This document shows positions 26,137 to 36,243 of a stretch of 64,000 bases of DNA, piece by piece. Origin of the DNA: an uncultured Gammaproteobacteria bacterium. Its GTDB lineage: Bacteria > Patescibacteriota > Microgenomatia > UBA8517. The translations under genes and the position numbers were made by a program. Position 1 is the first letter of the stretch; each line of letters opens with the position of its first letter. The stretch covers positions 7,255-71,254 of the forward strand of contig CAZAXL010000005.1 of assembly GCA_964489145.1 (NCBI GenBank), in the 5' to 3' direction. The notes beneath the pieces were generated by a model, which was not told the DNA's origin, searched no databases, and was given only the letters and a program-made list of their open reading frames with translations.

Positions 26137-27771
26137 ATGCATTCTTTATCTTCGGACAAATCTCAATCATGGTTATCATGGTCTTTAAGAGGGGTTTTGA
26201 TACTTCTGTTTATGGTTCTTGTAGCAAAACTTATAGAAGTGCAGGTGATAAAGGGTAGCTACTTCAGAAATCTTTCTGAAGAAAATAGGATTAGGCGTGT
26301 AGTTATTCCTGCATCAAGAGGAAAAATCTTGGCACGCGGAGGAGAAATTTTGGCTGGAAATACGGAAAACAAAAAACGCATTGAATTTACGGATACCGGA
26401 GGTTTTATCCTCTCTGAGGATTTGACCGGGGCGGTAGAAGAGGAAGTGGTAACCGACTATAAAAGATATTATCCGATGGGTGATAAATTTTCCCATGCTT
26501 TGGGGTATTTGGCGCAAGTCGGTGAGAATGAGGTAAATAAAATAAACCCTGATTGTCCGGAAAAAGGTCCAATATCTTCAGATTCTTTAATTGGGAAAAC
26601 AGGGCTGGAAGAGGAGTATGAGTGCCTTCTTTCCGGTACCCACGGCGAGGAGATTATTGAAGTTGATGCGTCCGGAGATAAACTTAGAATACTCGGTAAA
26701 AAAGATCCTGTTCCGGGACAGGATCTGCAGACAACAATTGATTATGGACTCCAAACGGAAATTGCAAATGAAATGAACGGCAAAAAGGGTGCTGTTATTG
26801 TTACCGATACGACAGGACGAATTTTGGCTTTTTATTCTTATCCATCATTTGATCCAAATATTTTCATTAACAAGGGTAACAACGACGAAATAAGTTCCCT
26901 GTTAAATGATGGCAATCTGCCCTTTTTTAATAGGGTGATAAGCGGCACCTTTCATCCCGGATCCGTCTTCAAACCACTCGTATCAATTACAGCTCTTGAG
27001 GAAGGAGCGATTGATAAAAACTTTATCTATAACGACCAGGGCGTAATAACAATAAACAATTATTCCTATTCAAATTGGTACTTTAGTGAATATGGGCGGA
27101 CCGAAGGATCAATAGACCTGACAAAGGCGATAGCGCGTTCAACAGACACGTTTTTCTATGCTATTGGACAAATGGTTGGACCGGATGCAATTGCCAAATG
27201 GGCAAATACTTTTGGCCTTGACAGTCAAACCGGAATTGACATTCCCGGGGAGGTAAAAGGATTAATACCAACCCCATCCTGGAAAGAACTGACGAAAAAT
27301 GAACCCTGGTTTTTAGGAAACACTTATCACATGTCAATCGGACAGGGAGATGTTTCTGTGACCCCTGCCGAGATAAATACATATATTTCAGCTGTCGCCG
27401 CAAACGGAAATTTGTGTCAGCCAAAATTTAATGAATCATTACCGGCTAAATGTAAAAAAACAGGGGTTAGTAAACAAAATCTTGACTTAGTGAAAGAGGG
27501 AATGAGTAAAGCCTGTTCTCAAGGGGGAACGGCGTATACTTTTTTTGATTTTTCAGAAAAACACGGAGGGATAAATGTTGCTTGCAAGACTGGAACCGCA
27601 GAGGTTGGTACAGACGGGACACCACACGCCTGGTTTACTTTTCTTGCCCCTATCGATAAACCCCAAATTGTTGCCACTGTTTTGATTGAAAAAGGCGGCG
27701 AGGGCTCATCCGCCGCTGGGCCCATCGCCCGCAAAATTGCAGACTACTACTACGCTTCTTTTGCCAATTAG
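26137..27771 (+). CDS. mrdA: Penicillin-binding protein 2 (class B transpeptidase)
   Basis: RGKI, GKTGLEEEY, PGSVFK (SxxK), KTGTA; no mreC/mreD between it and mreB. Confidence 0.85.
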   Translation: MHSLSSDKSQSWLSWSLRGVLILLFMVLVAKLIEVQVIKGSYFRNLSEENRIRRVVIPASRGKILARGGEILAGNTENKKRIEFTDTGGFILSEDLTGAVEEEVVTDYKRYYPMGDKFSHALGYLAQVGENEVNKINPDCPEKGPISSDSLIGKTGLEEEYECLLSGTHGEEIIEVDASGDKLRILGKKDPVPGQDLQTTIDYGLQTEIANEMNGKKGAVIVTDTTGRILAFYSYPSFDPNIFINKGNNDEISSLLNDGNLPFFNRVISGTFHPGSVFKPLVSITALEEGAIDKNFIYNDQGVITINNYSYSNWYFSEYGRTEGSIDLTKAIARSTDTFFYAIGQMVGPDAIAKWANTFGLDSQTGIDIPGEVKGLIPTPSWKELTKNEPWFLGNTYHMSIGQGDVSVTPAEINTYISAVAANGNLCQPKFNESLPAKCKKTGVSKQNLDLVKEGMSKACSQGGTAYTFFDFSEKHGGINVACKTGTAEVGTDGTPHAWFTFLAPIDKPQIVATVLIEKGGEGSSAAGPIARKIADYYYASFAN

Positions 27772-27809
27772 CCCTTTTCTCGGAAAGTATTTGGTTCTAA
27801 TCTGGTATT

Positions 27810-28895
27810 GTGACAGAAAGTGAATATCTAACCGCAATTTGTGCATTTACTTATTTTGGACCTGCCAGGGTGAGACTTTTGACGTCATATTTTAAGAGCC
27901 CCAAAAAAGTATGGGAAAGCACTTTGGGAGAGCTTACCGAAGTCGGTTTGCCTGAAAAGAAAATAATAGAGTTTTTAAGTTTTCGGAAAGATTTTAATAT
28001 TAAATCTTATTTTCAAAGGCTAACAAAGTTAAATATAAAAGTTACGACATTTTTAGATAATAAATTTCCCGAAGTTTTTAAAGCCTTGGATGGGGCGCCC
28101 GTTGTCTTGTATTACCGCGGATCACTCAACGGTTTGAGAACAAATTCAGTTGCAATTGTAGGGACACGGAGAATGACTTCTTATGGAAGGGAAGTTACCG
28201 AGAAGTTTTCTTCAGAGCTCTCCTCATTTGGTGTAACAATAATTTCCGGTCTTGCCAGAGGAGTGGATACGACGGCGCATAAAGCCTCTCTTTTGGCGGG
28301 TGGTATCACAATTGCCGTATTGGGAAATGGTTTAGACAGTGTCTATCCTCCTGAAAATAAAACCCTGGCAGAGGAGATTATCCAAAAAGGCGGAGCAGTT
28401 ATCAGCGAGTACCCGCTTGACTATCCCGCACTTCCTGTTAATTTTGCCGTCAGAAATAGAATTGTTTCCGGACTTGCAACATGTGTCCTGGTAATTGAAG
28501 GGGCGGAAAAAAGCGGAACGCTTTTAACAGCATCTCACGCAGCCGAACAAGGCAAAACTGTATTTGCGATTCCGGGACAGATTACATCACCTCTTTCAAA
28601 AGCCCCGTTTTATCTTCTGAAAAACGGAGCAAAAATGGCGACTGAAACTCGGGATATTTTAGACGAGCTTGATATGGAGGTAAAAGTTGATAAGGAAAAA
28701 ATGAAAAAAGTTGTACCGGATACACCCGAGGAGGCTAAACTTATAGAACTTTTGGAAAACGAAACCCTACACCTTGACGAGCTTGTTAGAATAACAGGTA
28801 TCCAAACCTCCGAGATTTCTGCTAGACTGACTATCATGGAAATGAAAGGGTTAGTCAAGAGTTTAGGAGGCGGAAAATACAAGCGAAGCTTGTAA
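27810..28895 (+). CDS. dprA: DNA-processing protein DprA
   Basis: VAIVGTR, IISGLARGVD, FAVRNRIVSGL, SGTLLTA, C-terminal wHTH. Confidence 0.96.
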   Translation: MTESEYLTAICAFTYFGPARVRLLTSYFKSPKKVWESTLGELTEVGLPEKKIIEFLSFRKDFNIKSYFQRLTKLNIKVTTFLDNKFPEVFKALDGAPVVLYYRGSLNGLRTNSVAIVGTRRMTSYGREVTEKFSSELSSFGVTIISGLARGVDTTAHKASLLAGGITIAVLGNGLDSVYPPENKTLAEEIIQKGGAVISEYPLDYPALPVNFAVRNRIVSGLATCVLVIEGAEKSGTLLTASHAAEQGKTVFAIPGQITSPLSKAPFYLLKNGAKMATETRDILDELDMEVKVDKEKMKKVVPDTPEEAKLIELLENETLHLDELVRITGIQTSEISARLTIMEMKGLVKSLGGGKYKRSL

Positions 28896-28914
28896 AGCTG
28901 AAGCATTATAAATT

Positions 28915-30879
28915 ATGGAATTGATAATAGTTGAGTCACCAACAAAAGCCAGAACTCTGGGCCGTTTTTTGGGTGGATCATATGTTGTTGAGGCAACTGC
29001 GGGACATATTAAAGACTTACCAAAAAGCAAACTCGGAATAGAAGTAGAAAATAATTTTAAACCGGATTTTGCTGATATTCCAAAGAAAAAAGATATTATC
29101 AAAAATCTCAAAACCGAAGGGAAAAAAGCAAAAATTGTTTATTTGGCAACTGACCCTGATCGTGAAGGAGAAGCTATTGCGGAGCATGTTGCTGAGATTT
29201 TAAATGCGGACTCCAAGATAAAACGCATTGTTTTTCACGAAATCACAAAAGAAGCGGTTGAGAAAGCAATTCAAAACCCCAGAGAAGTTGATAAAAACCT
29301 AGTTGATGCACAAATCGCAAGAAGGGTATTGGATCGGCTCGTGGGATATAAACTTTCACCGCTACTTTGGAAAAAAATAAGACGGGGTCTTTCGGCCGGA
29401 CGTGTGCAGTCTGTTGCAGTTAAGCTTATTGTGGAGAAAGAGCGGGAAATCAAAGCTTTTAAGTCGGAAGAATATTGGGAAATCTATTCAAAGGTAAAAG
29501 GTGAAAGGCAAGAAATAAAAGATTTTGATATCGAGCTGGTCAAAATAAATGAGAAAATTGCTGAAGTTAAAAATAAAAAGGATGCCGATGGAATCATTTC
29601 AGATTTGGAAAAGGCCAAATACACAGTGTTTGATGTAAGAAAAAAAGAGGTTTCCAAAAATCCATATCCACCGTTTACGACTTCCACAATGACCCAGGCA
29701 GCTGCCCGTATCTTTGGTTGGTCTTCTAAAAGAACAATGTCGATAGCTCAGAAACTTTACGAAGAGGGACTGATTACATACCACAGGACGGATTCCTTTA
29801 ATCTTTCAAGCCAGGCGGTGGATACTGTCCGAAAATATATCGAAAAAGAATTTGGCCGAAATTATTTGCCGGATTCTCCCAGGATTTATAAAACTCAATC
29901 AAAAGTTGCGCAGGAGGCACACGAAGCCATAAGGCCAACAGATATAAATTCCAAATTGCAAATTACGGATGACAAATGGGGTCACGATGAAGAGACTCTT
30001 TATAAACTTATTTGGTCGCGCTTTGTTGCTTGCCAGATGAACCCGAGCCTTTATGACGAGACGGTTATCGATGTTGCGGCTGAACCCGGAAATTATTTAC
30101 TGCGCGCGGGTGGACAAATAATGAAATTTGACGGTTGGAGAAAAGTAATTCCGGCAAAGCTTGAAGTTGACAGTGTTGTTAAATTACCGGAGGTCTCAAA
30201 AGATGAAAAGTTGGATCATATAAAGACCTGGGGTGAACAGAAATTTACACAACCTCCGGCAAGATATAACGAGGCCTCTCTTATCAAAACTTTGGAAAAG
30301 TTGGGGATTGGCAGGCCTTCGACTTATGCGCCGACTATATCTACGATACAGATCAGAAACTATGTCGAAAAGACCGAAGGTAAGTTTTTTCCAACCTCAA
30401 TCGGCGAGGCGGTAAATGACTTTTTGGTTAAAAATTTTACGGACGTTTTTGAATATGAATTTACTGCCGGAATGGAAGATAGTCTTGATAAAGTGGCTAA
30501 CGGAGAGGTCAAATGGACCGGAATAATTAAAGATTTTTACAAACCCCTTGCAAGTAAAATCGGAATAGTTGATAAAAAAGCCGAGAGGGTAAAAATAGAA
30601 ACAGAAAAACTTGGTAAAAAGTGCCCCGAATGTAAGGAGGGGGAGCTAGTTATCCGTATCGGTAGGTTTGGAAAATTTATATCCTGTTCCAGATTCCCCG
30701 ACTGCAAATATACAGAAAAATATCTGGAAAAGGTTGGTGTTAAGTGTTCCGAATGCAAGATAGGCGATGTAATTGTTAAGAAAACATCAAAAGGCAGAAA
30801 ATTTTTCGGATGTTCACGCTACCCTGAGTGCAAATATGCTTCCTGGAGAAGTCCCAAAAAAGAAGAATCTTCAAGTTAA
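28915..30879 (+). CDS. topA: DNA topoisomerase I
   Basis: IVESPTKA, ATDPDREGE, SAGRVQS, ITYHRTDS, GIGRPSTYA, two Zn ribbons. Confidence 0.98.
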   Translation: MELIIVESPTKARTLGRFLGGSYVVEATAGHIKDLPKSKLGIEVENNFKPDFADIPKKKDIIKNLKTEGKKAKIVYLATDPDREGEAIAEHVAEILNADSKIKRIVFHEITKEAVEKAIQNPREVDKNLVDAQIARRVLDRLVGYKLSPLLWKKIRRGLSAGRVQSVAVKLIVEKEREIKAFKSEEYWEIYSKVKGERQEIKDFDIELVKINEKIAEVKNKKDADGIISDLEKAKYTVFDVRKKEVSKNPYPPFTTSTMTQAAARIFGWSSKRTMSIAQKLYEEGLITYHRTDSFNLSSQAVDTVRKYIEKEFGRNYLPDSPRIYKTQSKVAQEAHEAIRPTDINSKLQITDDKWGHDEETLYKLIWSRFVACQMNPSLYDETVIDVAAEPGNYLLRAGGQIMKFDGWRKVIPAKLEVDSVVKLPEVSKDEKLDHIKTWGEQKFTQPPARYNEASLIKTLEKLGIGRPSTYAPTISTIQIRNYVEKTEGKFFPTSIGEAVNDFLVKNFTDVFEYEFTAGMEDSLDKVANGEVKWTGIIKDFYKPLASKIGIVDKKAERVKIETEKLGKKCPECKEGELVIRIGRFGKFISCSRFPDCKYTEKYLEKVGVKCSECKIGDVIVKKTSKGRKFFGCSRYPECKYASWRSPKKEESSS

Positions 30880-31403
30880 CCTTTTTGATTTTTGTATTTA
30901 ACTATCTCTTTGAATTTATATTCTAATTTAACACCGGCTTTTCTAAACATCTTTTCTGACTCCCCACCTGTATGATATTTTTTTTCAGCATAAATTCTTT
31001 TTATTCCGGAGTTGATTAAAAGCATTGCGCAAATCCGGCAGGGGGTCATTCTGCAATATACGGTTGCTCCGTCTATGGCAACCCCGCGTTTAGCCGCCTG
31101 GCAGATTGCATTTTGCTCTGCGTGAACCGTCCTGACACAATGACTTGAGATGGTGCCATCTTCATTAAAAGCACGTCTAAGATCATGTCCGGCTTGGTCG
31201 CAATGTGGAAAGCCGATCGGGGAGCCAACATAACCCGTTGCTAAAATTTGCTTGTCTTTTGCTATAACACATCCGCTTCTACCCCTATCACAGGTCGCTC
31301 TTTTGGAAACGGCATCCGCAACCTCCATGAAATAATCATCCCAAGTCGGACGGGTATATTTTTCTTTAATTGATTTTGTTGATGGTTTTTTCGATTTTGT
31401 CAT
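30876..31403 (-). CDS. dCMP deaminase (ComEB-like)
   Basis: RPTWDDYFM, HAEQNA, PCRIC. Confidence 0.92.
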   Translation of the reverse strand: MTKSKKPSTKSIKEKYTRPTWDDYFMEVADAVSKRATCDRGRSGCVIAKDKQILATGYVGSPIGFPHCDQAGHDLRRAFNEDGTISSHCVRTVHAEQNAICQAAKRGVAIDGATVYCRMTPCRICAMLLINSGIKRIYAEKKYHTGGESEKMFRKAGVKLEYKFKEIVKYKNQKG

Positions 31404-31917
31404 ACAGATCTTCAATGCTGTCATTGTTATCAAATTTATAATCGGCAATCAATATGCATTTTGATAAATTCTGAGCATTTGGATCGCGTGATTGTTTTTC
31501 TTTTTCTTCCTGTAGTTTAAATTCTTCGAATGTGACATTGTCTTTTTCGGAGCCGCGGGATTTTACTCTTTCATATCTTGTCATTTGGTCAGCATCAACC
31601 ACAAAAAGATAACCCCCGTTGTTTTTAATAAATTCTGCTTCTTTAGGATTTCTGATACTTTCTATAATCGCGTTTGCACTTTCCTTTTTTGCTTTTTCAA
31701 AAAGTTTTTTGACAATAAAATCGGGTCCGTATGTAGTTCTTATTTCATTGGCAATTTCCCGCATACCGTTCCTATCAACAGTTCTGCCTTGTCTGACTAA
31801 TTCCTCAGTTAAATATTCCGACACGGAGTAGTGTTTGAAGTTTCTACTGGCTACTAGAAAGTCGACCACGGTTCCTTTACCTGCACCGAGTGTTCCCGTG
31901 ATACCGATAATTAACAT
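31366..31917 (-). CDS. P-loop kinase (dephospho-CoA/NMP kinase-like)
   Basis: IIGITGTLGAGKGT, IESIRNPKE, RYER..RG. Confidence 0.8.
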   Translation of the reverse strand: MLIIGITGTLGAGKGTVVDFLVASRNFKHYSVSEYLTEELVRQGRTVDRNGMREIANEIRTTYGPDFIVKKLFEKAKKESANAIIESIRNPKEAEFIKNNGGYLFVVDADQMTRYERVKSRGSEKDNVTFEEFKLQEEKEKQSRDPNAQNLSKCILIADYKFDNNDSIEDLYDKIEKTINKIN

Positions 31918-31959
31918 TCTGTATATTAATATATTATGATAAAATCTTTTGCAATAGCA

Positions 31960-32052
31960 TCCTCCGCAAACTAAAGTTTGCGGTTTTCCTTGAGGGAGGA
32001 TGATATATCAGGTTCAATTCCTCCACGAATTAGAAATTCGTGGTATCCTTGA
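31960..32052. repeat. Two 34-bp REP-like hairpin units
   Basis: TCCTCC-GCAAACT-aa-AGTTTGC-GG-ttttCCTTGA (31960-31993) and TCCTCC-ACGAATT-aga-AATTCGT-GG-tatCCTTGA (32019-32052). Confidence 0.7.
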
Positions 32053-32059
32053 AACCGTT

Positions 32060-32398
32060 ATGGGATTTTCAGATTTTGATAAATATCAAAAAGAATGTGG
32101 AAAAACTGCCGTCTATCCCAAGATCGGAGAAAGATTTGTCTATCCGCTCCTGGGCTTACAAGGGGAAACAGGTGAAGTTTCGGAAAAAATCAAAAAACTT
32201 TTCAGGGACGAGGGAGGAAAACTTAGTGAGGAAAAAAGACAGGAAATTGCAAAAGAGTTGGGGGACGTTCTTTGGTATTTGGCCCAGCTTTCCAAAGAGA
32301 TTGGAATAAAATTTTCAGATGTTGCCAGGGGAAACTTAAAAAAACTTGCCTCAAGGAAAGTGCGGGGCAAACTTCATGGGAACGGCGACAATAGGTAA
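32060..32398 (+). CDS. MazG-like NTP pyrophosphohydrolase
   Basis: LGLQGETGEVSEKIKK, KELGDVLWY, NLKKL.SR..RG.L.G.GDNR. Confidence 0.9.
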   Translation: MGFSDFDKYQKECGKTAVYPKIGERFVYPLLGLQGETGEVSEKIKKLFRDEGGKLSEEKRQEIAKELGDVLWYLAQLSKEIGIKFSDVARGNLKKLASRKVRGKLHGNGDNR

Positions 32399-32517
32399 AC
32401 CTGAGACCCTGCTTGTAGAGTGAATTGGTAAATTTTTACTTATTGACAGTGCACTTGGGTAATTGATAAAACTCTGCAAGGACAATGGTGGAAATTGAAG
32501 GATCCGGGTCTAATTAA

Positions 32518-33285
32518 ATGATTGAGAATCTTGAAGGAAGAGAAAAATTAGGAAAAAAATCCTTAGTCATCGGACTGGTTGGATGTCTTGCCAGTGGAAA
32601 GACCACCCTCTCTGAAGAACTCGCTCGAAGGTGGGGAATTGAACCAATTGAAGAAAACTACCCCGCCAATCCGTTTTTGGAAAAGTTTTATGAAGACCCC
32701 AACAAGTACAGCTTCAAGTCCCAAGTGTTCTTTTTATCTTCAAAAGTCGAACAACTTAAAAGCATTGATAAAAGTAAAGTTTCCCTAATTGATCCGGAAT
32801 TAAATATGGATTTTATTTATGCCAAAACCCATTTCAAGATGGGTTGGATGAATGAAAACGAATGGAATTTATATCAAAACATTTTTTTTACAATCACGAC
32901 CAAAGACAGTTTGATTTATCCTGACATGCATATTATTGTTACCGCAGATCAGGAAGAACTAAAACAACGGATAGTTGATAGAGGAAGAAATTATGAGATG
33001 TGGATCTTGAAAAATTATCCGGAATATTTGGAAAGATTGTCAGAATCGGTGAATGAATGGGGAATGAGGGGAGAGAATAACTCCTATAAATTTATTGCCA
33101 ATACGTCAGCCGGGGGATCGTCCGGTAGCGTTGAACAGTTGGCTGACAGAATTGAGAGCCACATTTGTCGCGAATTTGGGACAAACGGAAAGTTTGTTTT
33201 ACCTAAAATTAAGCCGGCGTTTGTGCTAGAAAACCACGATATTTTTCCCGGAAGTGGCGGTGATGTATCAAGATTAAGAAGATGA
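32518..33285 (+). CDS. Deoxynucleoside kinase
   Basis: GCLASGKTT, NPFLEKFYEDP..YSFKSQVFFL, RI..RGR.YE. Confidence 0.88.
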   Translation: MIENLEGREKLGKKSLVIGLVGCLASGKTTLSEELARRWGIEPIEENYPANPFLEKFYEDPNKYSFKSQVFFLSSKVEQLKSIDKSKVSLIDPELNMDFIYAKTHFKMGWMNENEWNLYQNIFFTITTKDSLIYPDMHIIVTADQEELKQRIVDRGRNYEMWILKNYPEYLERLSESVNEWGMRGENNSYKFIANTSAGGSSGSVEQLADRIESHICREFGTNGKFVLPKIKPAFVLENHDIFPGSGGDVSRLRR

Positions 33286-33935
33286 AAGAAAGAGAAAAAT
33301 TCATTGTTTTTGAAGGAATCGGAGGAAGCGGCAAAGGGACTCAGATAGAACTTGCAAAAAATCTCCTTGAAAGAAACGGGATTAAGGCAATCTACACGAG
33401 GGAGCCGGGTGGAATTGAACCGGCGGAAGAAATTAGAGAATTAATTTTTGAACTCAGAGACAAGAAACTTATAAAAGCGGAGGGACAGTTGGTACTATTT
33501 TTTGCCGCTCGAAAGCTTTGGGTTGATGGCGTGATTGCACCAAACTTAGACAAAGGAGTGAATGTTTTAACGGATAGATGTCACACATCAACGGGTGCTT
33601 ATCAGGGCCATGCCGAAGGCGGAGATCAAAAGCAAATTTTGGCAATTGCCGATGTAGTTTTGGGAGATTATAAGCCCGATGCTGTAATACTTCTTGATAT
33701 TTCAAAGGAAACCTCCATTGAGAGGCGTGGTAACAACGTAAACGGTGATCCGTTTGATAAAGAATCTTCGGAATATTTCGACCGACTTATAGCAGGGTAC
33801 AGAGAAATGGCCAAAACAGGATGGGGAGGTCTGAAATGGTATGTTGTTGATGGTGAGGCCAAACCTGAAAAGGTAGCTGAATCTGTCACCAAAGTCCTTG
33901 AAGAGATTTTCGAAAGGAAGCTTGAGCGTCTATAA
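33282..33935 (+). CDS. tmk: Thymidylate kinase
   Basis: FIVFEGIGGSGKGTQ, TREPGG, LFFAAR, TDR..ST.AYQG. Confidence 0.92.
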   Translation: MKEREKFIVFEGIGGSGKGTQIELAKNLLERNGIKAIYTREPGGIEPAEEIRELIFELRDKKLIKAEGQLVLFFAARKLWVDGVIAPNLDKGVNVLTDRCHTSTGAYQGHAEGGDQKQILAIADVVLGDYKPDAVILLDISKETSIERRGNNVNGDPFDKESSEYFDRLIAGYREMAKTGWGGLKWYVVDGEAKPEKVAESVTKVLEEIFERKLERL

Positions 33936-33944
33936 TAGTTAGAT

Positions 33945-35246
33945 ATGGTTATAATCTCCGATTTAATTAAAGAAGAACAGAAGCGTCAGGAGGAGACTCT
34001 CATGATGATTCCGTCGGAAAATTATGCTTCAAAAGAGGTTCGTGAAGCTGTTGGGTCTGTCCTTATGAACAAATATTCCGAGGGCTACTCCGGCAGGCGC
34101 TACTATCAAGGTAACAAAATTATCGACGAGATTGAGACGTTTGCGATTGAAAAAGCGAAGGAACTTTTTAAAGTCGAACACGTAAATGTCCAACCGTATT
34201 CCGGTTCTCCCGCAAATGCAGAAGTTCTTTTTGCACTACTTAATCCGGGTGACACAGTAATGGGACTTAGACTTTCTTCAGGTGGGCATCTGACTCACGG
34301 GCACCCGGATATAACTTTTTCTGGAAGATTTTATAAATCGGTTCAGTTTGGGACCAAAGACGATGGAATTATTGATTATAGCGAGGTTGAAAATCTGGCC
34401 AGAAAGGAAAAACCGGCACTTATGATAATCGGTACAACTGCGTATCCGTTAATTCTTGACTGGAAGAAGCTGGGAGAAATTGCCGATTCAGTTGGATCGT
34501 GGCTGGTAGCAGATATCTCCCACGTTTCAGGTTTAGTTTTGGCAGGAGAATATCCTTCTCCGGTTCCGTTTGCCCATATTGTCACAACCACAACACACAA
34601 GACACTAAGGGGCCCGAGAGGAGCAATGATTATGGTTACCAAAAAAGGAATCGAAAAAGATCCTGAAACAGCCTCTAAAATAGATAAAGCGGTTTTTCCA
34701 GGACTTCAAGGTGGGCCTCACAATGGTACAACTGCCGGTATTGCACAGGCCTTAATCGAGGCAGATTCTGGGGACTTTAAGAAATATGGAAAACAAATTG
34801 TTGCTAATGCCAGATATCTGGCAGAAGAACTTAAAAACGGGGGACTTACATTGGTAACCGGTGGAACCGAATGTCATTTGATGGTCATTGATCTGAGACT
34901 AATTGGACTATCCGGCAACATTGCCGCTGAAGCGCTGGAAGCAGCAGGAATTATTGTTAACAGAAACTCAGTTCCAAATGACCCGGCGCCTCCGTTTTAT
35001 CCATCCGGTATCAGACTCGGCACTCCCGGTATTACAACCCGTGGGATGACCGAATCTGAAATGAAAATTATATCCGGTTGGATTTTAAAAGTTCTTGATC
35101 ATCTTAAAGGTGAGAAACTGCCCGAGGTAAAAGAAAAAAGAGGAGAATATATTAAATCTTTTAGAATTAAAGTTGCCAATGATGAGTTCTTAAAAAATAT
35201 CGCTTCCGAGGTCAGGGACTTATGTAAAAAATTCCCCATGCCCTAA
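33945..35246 (+). CDS. glyA: Serine hydroxymethyltransferase
   Basis: IPSENY, NKYSEGY, GGHLTHG, TTTTHKTLRGPRG, SGIRLGT. Confidence 0.98.
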   Translation: MVIISDLIKEEQKRQEETLMMIPSENYASKEVREAVGSVLMNKYSEGYSGRRYYQGNKIIDEIETFAIEKAKELFKVEHVNVQPYSGSPANAEVLFALLNPGDTVMGLRLSSGGHLTHGHPDITFSGRFYKSVQFGTKDDGIIDYSEVENLARKEKPALMIIGTTAYPLILDWKKLGEIADSVGSWLVADISHVSGLVLAGEYPSPVPFAHIVTTTTHKTLRGPRGAMIMVTKKGIEKDPETASKIDKAVFPGLQGGPHNGTTAGIAQALIEADSGDFKKYGKQIVANARYLAEELKNGGLTLVTGGTECHLMVIDLRLIGLSGNIAAEALEAAGIIVNRNSVPNDPAPPFYPSGIRLGTPGITTRGMTESEMKIISGWILKVLDHLKGEKLPEVKEKRGEYIKSFRIKVANDEFLKNIASEVRDLCKKFPMP

Positions 35247-35301
35247 GAAGGTGATCCTTTCTTGTCTGCATTTAGCCTCAGAATGTAATATAATACGGGT
35301 T

Positions 35302-36096
35302 ATGGCAATAATTTTTGATGGCAGAGCCTTTGCGGCGGAAAAAGAATCCTCTTTAGGTATCAGAGTTTTGGGGCTTAAGGCAAGAGGGGTTTATCCCAAA
35401 CTGGCGTCAATTTTGATTGGCGATAATCCTGCAAGTGAGCTTTATGTAAATCTGAAGAAAAAAGCTGCCGAAAGGATAGGGGCGGAAATAGACGTATATT
35501 TTTTGCAGGAAAACTCCAAGTTCTCCGAAATTTTACAGTTAATAGAGTCATTAAATAACGACGATAATTTTAACGGAATAATGATTCAACTTCCGCTTCC
35601 GGAATCACTTTCTGAATTTAAAGAAAAGATACTTGGTGCGATTGATCCCGGCAAAGACATCGATGGTTTAAGATATGACAGTCAATTTTTACATCCAACG
35701 TCAAAAGCTGTTATTGATATTCTCAAAGAAGCTGAAAAATCTTTAAAAACCGATCCAAAATCTGTGTGTGTTGTCGGTGCCACCGGAATGGTGGGAACAC
35801 CTCTTGTAAAAGAATTAAGAAAAGAGGGCTACACTGTTGCCGAGGTAAATACCGAAACGGAAAATCTGACGGAAAAACTCAAAACATCGGAAGTTGTCGT
35901 AAGTGCAACAGGGGTTGCACACTTGATTAAGTCGGACATGATAAAAGACGGTGCTATTGTTATAGATGTGGGTTCACCAAAGGGAGATGTTGACCCCTCA
36001 GTATCGGCAAAAGCCAGCTTTTTTACACCCGTGCCCGGAGGAGTAGGTCCCGTAACGATTTCCTGCCTGTTGGAAAATCTGATTCTGGCTTGCTAA
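35302..36096 (+). CDS. folD: Methylenetetrahydrofolate dehydrogenase/cyclohydrolase
   Basis: YV..K, GIMIQLPLP, KDIDG, VIDVG, TPVPGGVGPVT. Confidence 0.95.
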   Translation: MAIIFDGRAFAAEKESSLGIRVLGLKARGVYPKLASILIGDNPASELYVNLKKKAAERIGAEIDVYFLQENSKFSEILQLIESLNNDDNFNGIMIQLPLPESLSEFKEKILGAIDPGKDIDGLRYDSQFLHPTSKAVIDILKEAEKSLKTDPKSVCVVGATGMVGTPLVKELRKEGYTVAEVNTETENLTEKLKTSEVVVSATGVAHLIKSDMIKDGAIVIDVGSPKGDVDPSVSAKASFFTPVPGGVGPVTISCLLENLILAC

Positions 36097-36132
36097 TTTA
36101 ATACCCTTCATATATAATTTGACCCTAGTGAG

Positions 36133-36192
36133 AGTCACACATCGATCGTGCTTTCTGGATAACTTCCGATCGATGGCGGAAAAAGAAAGCCG
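36133..36192 (+). promoter_or_regulatory. rpsB (S2/t44-like) leader RNA
   Basis: CACAC-AUCGAUCG...CGAUCGAU-GGCGGA; loop GCUUUCU can pair with downstream AGAAAGC (pseudoknot); TATAAT upstream. Confidence 0.6.
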
Positions 36193-36243
36193 AAGGTCCT
36201 GAGTGGTGAGTATAGTCGAACCATCGAAGGACAATGATTTTAA

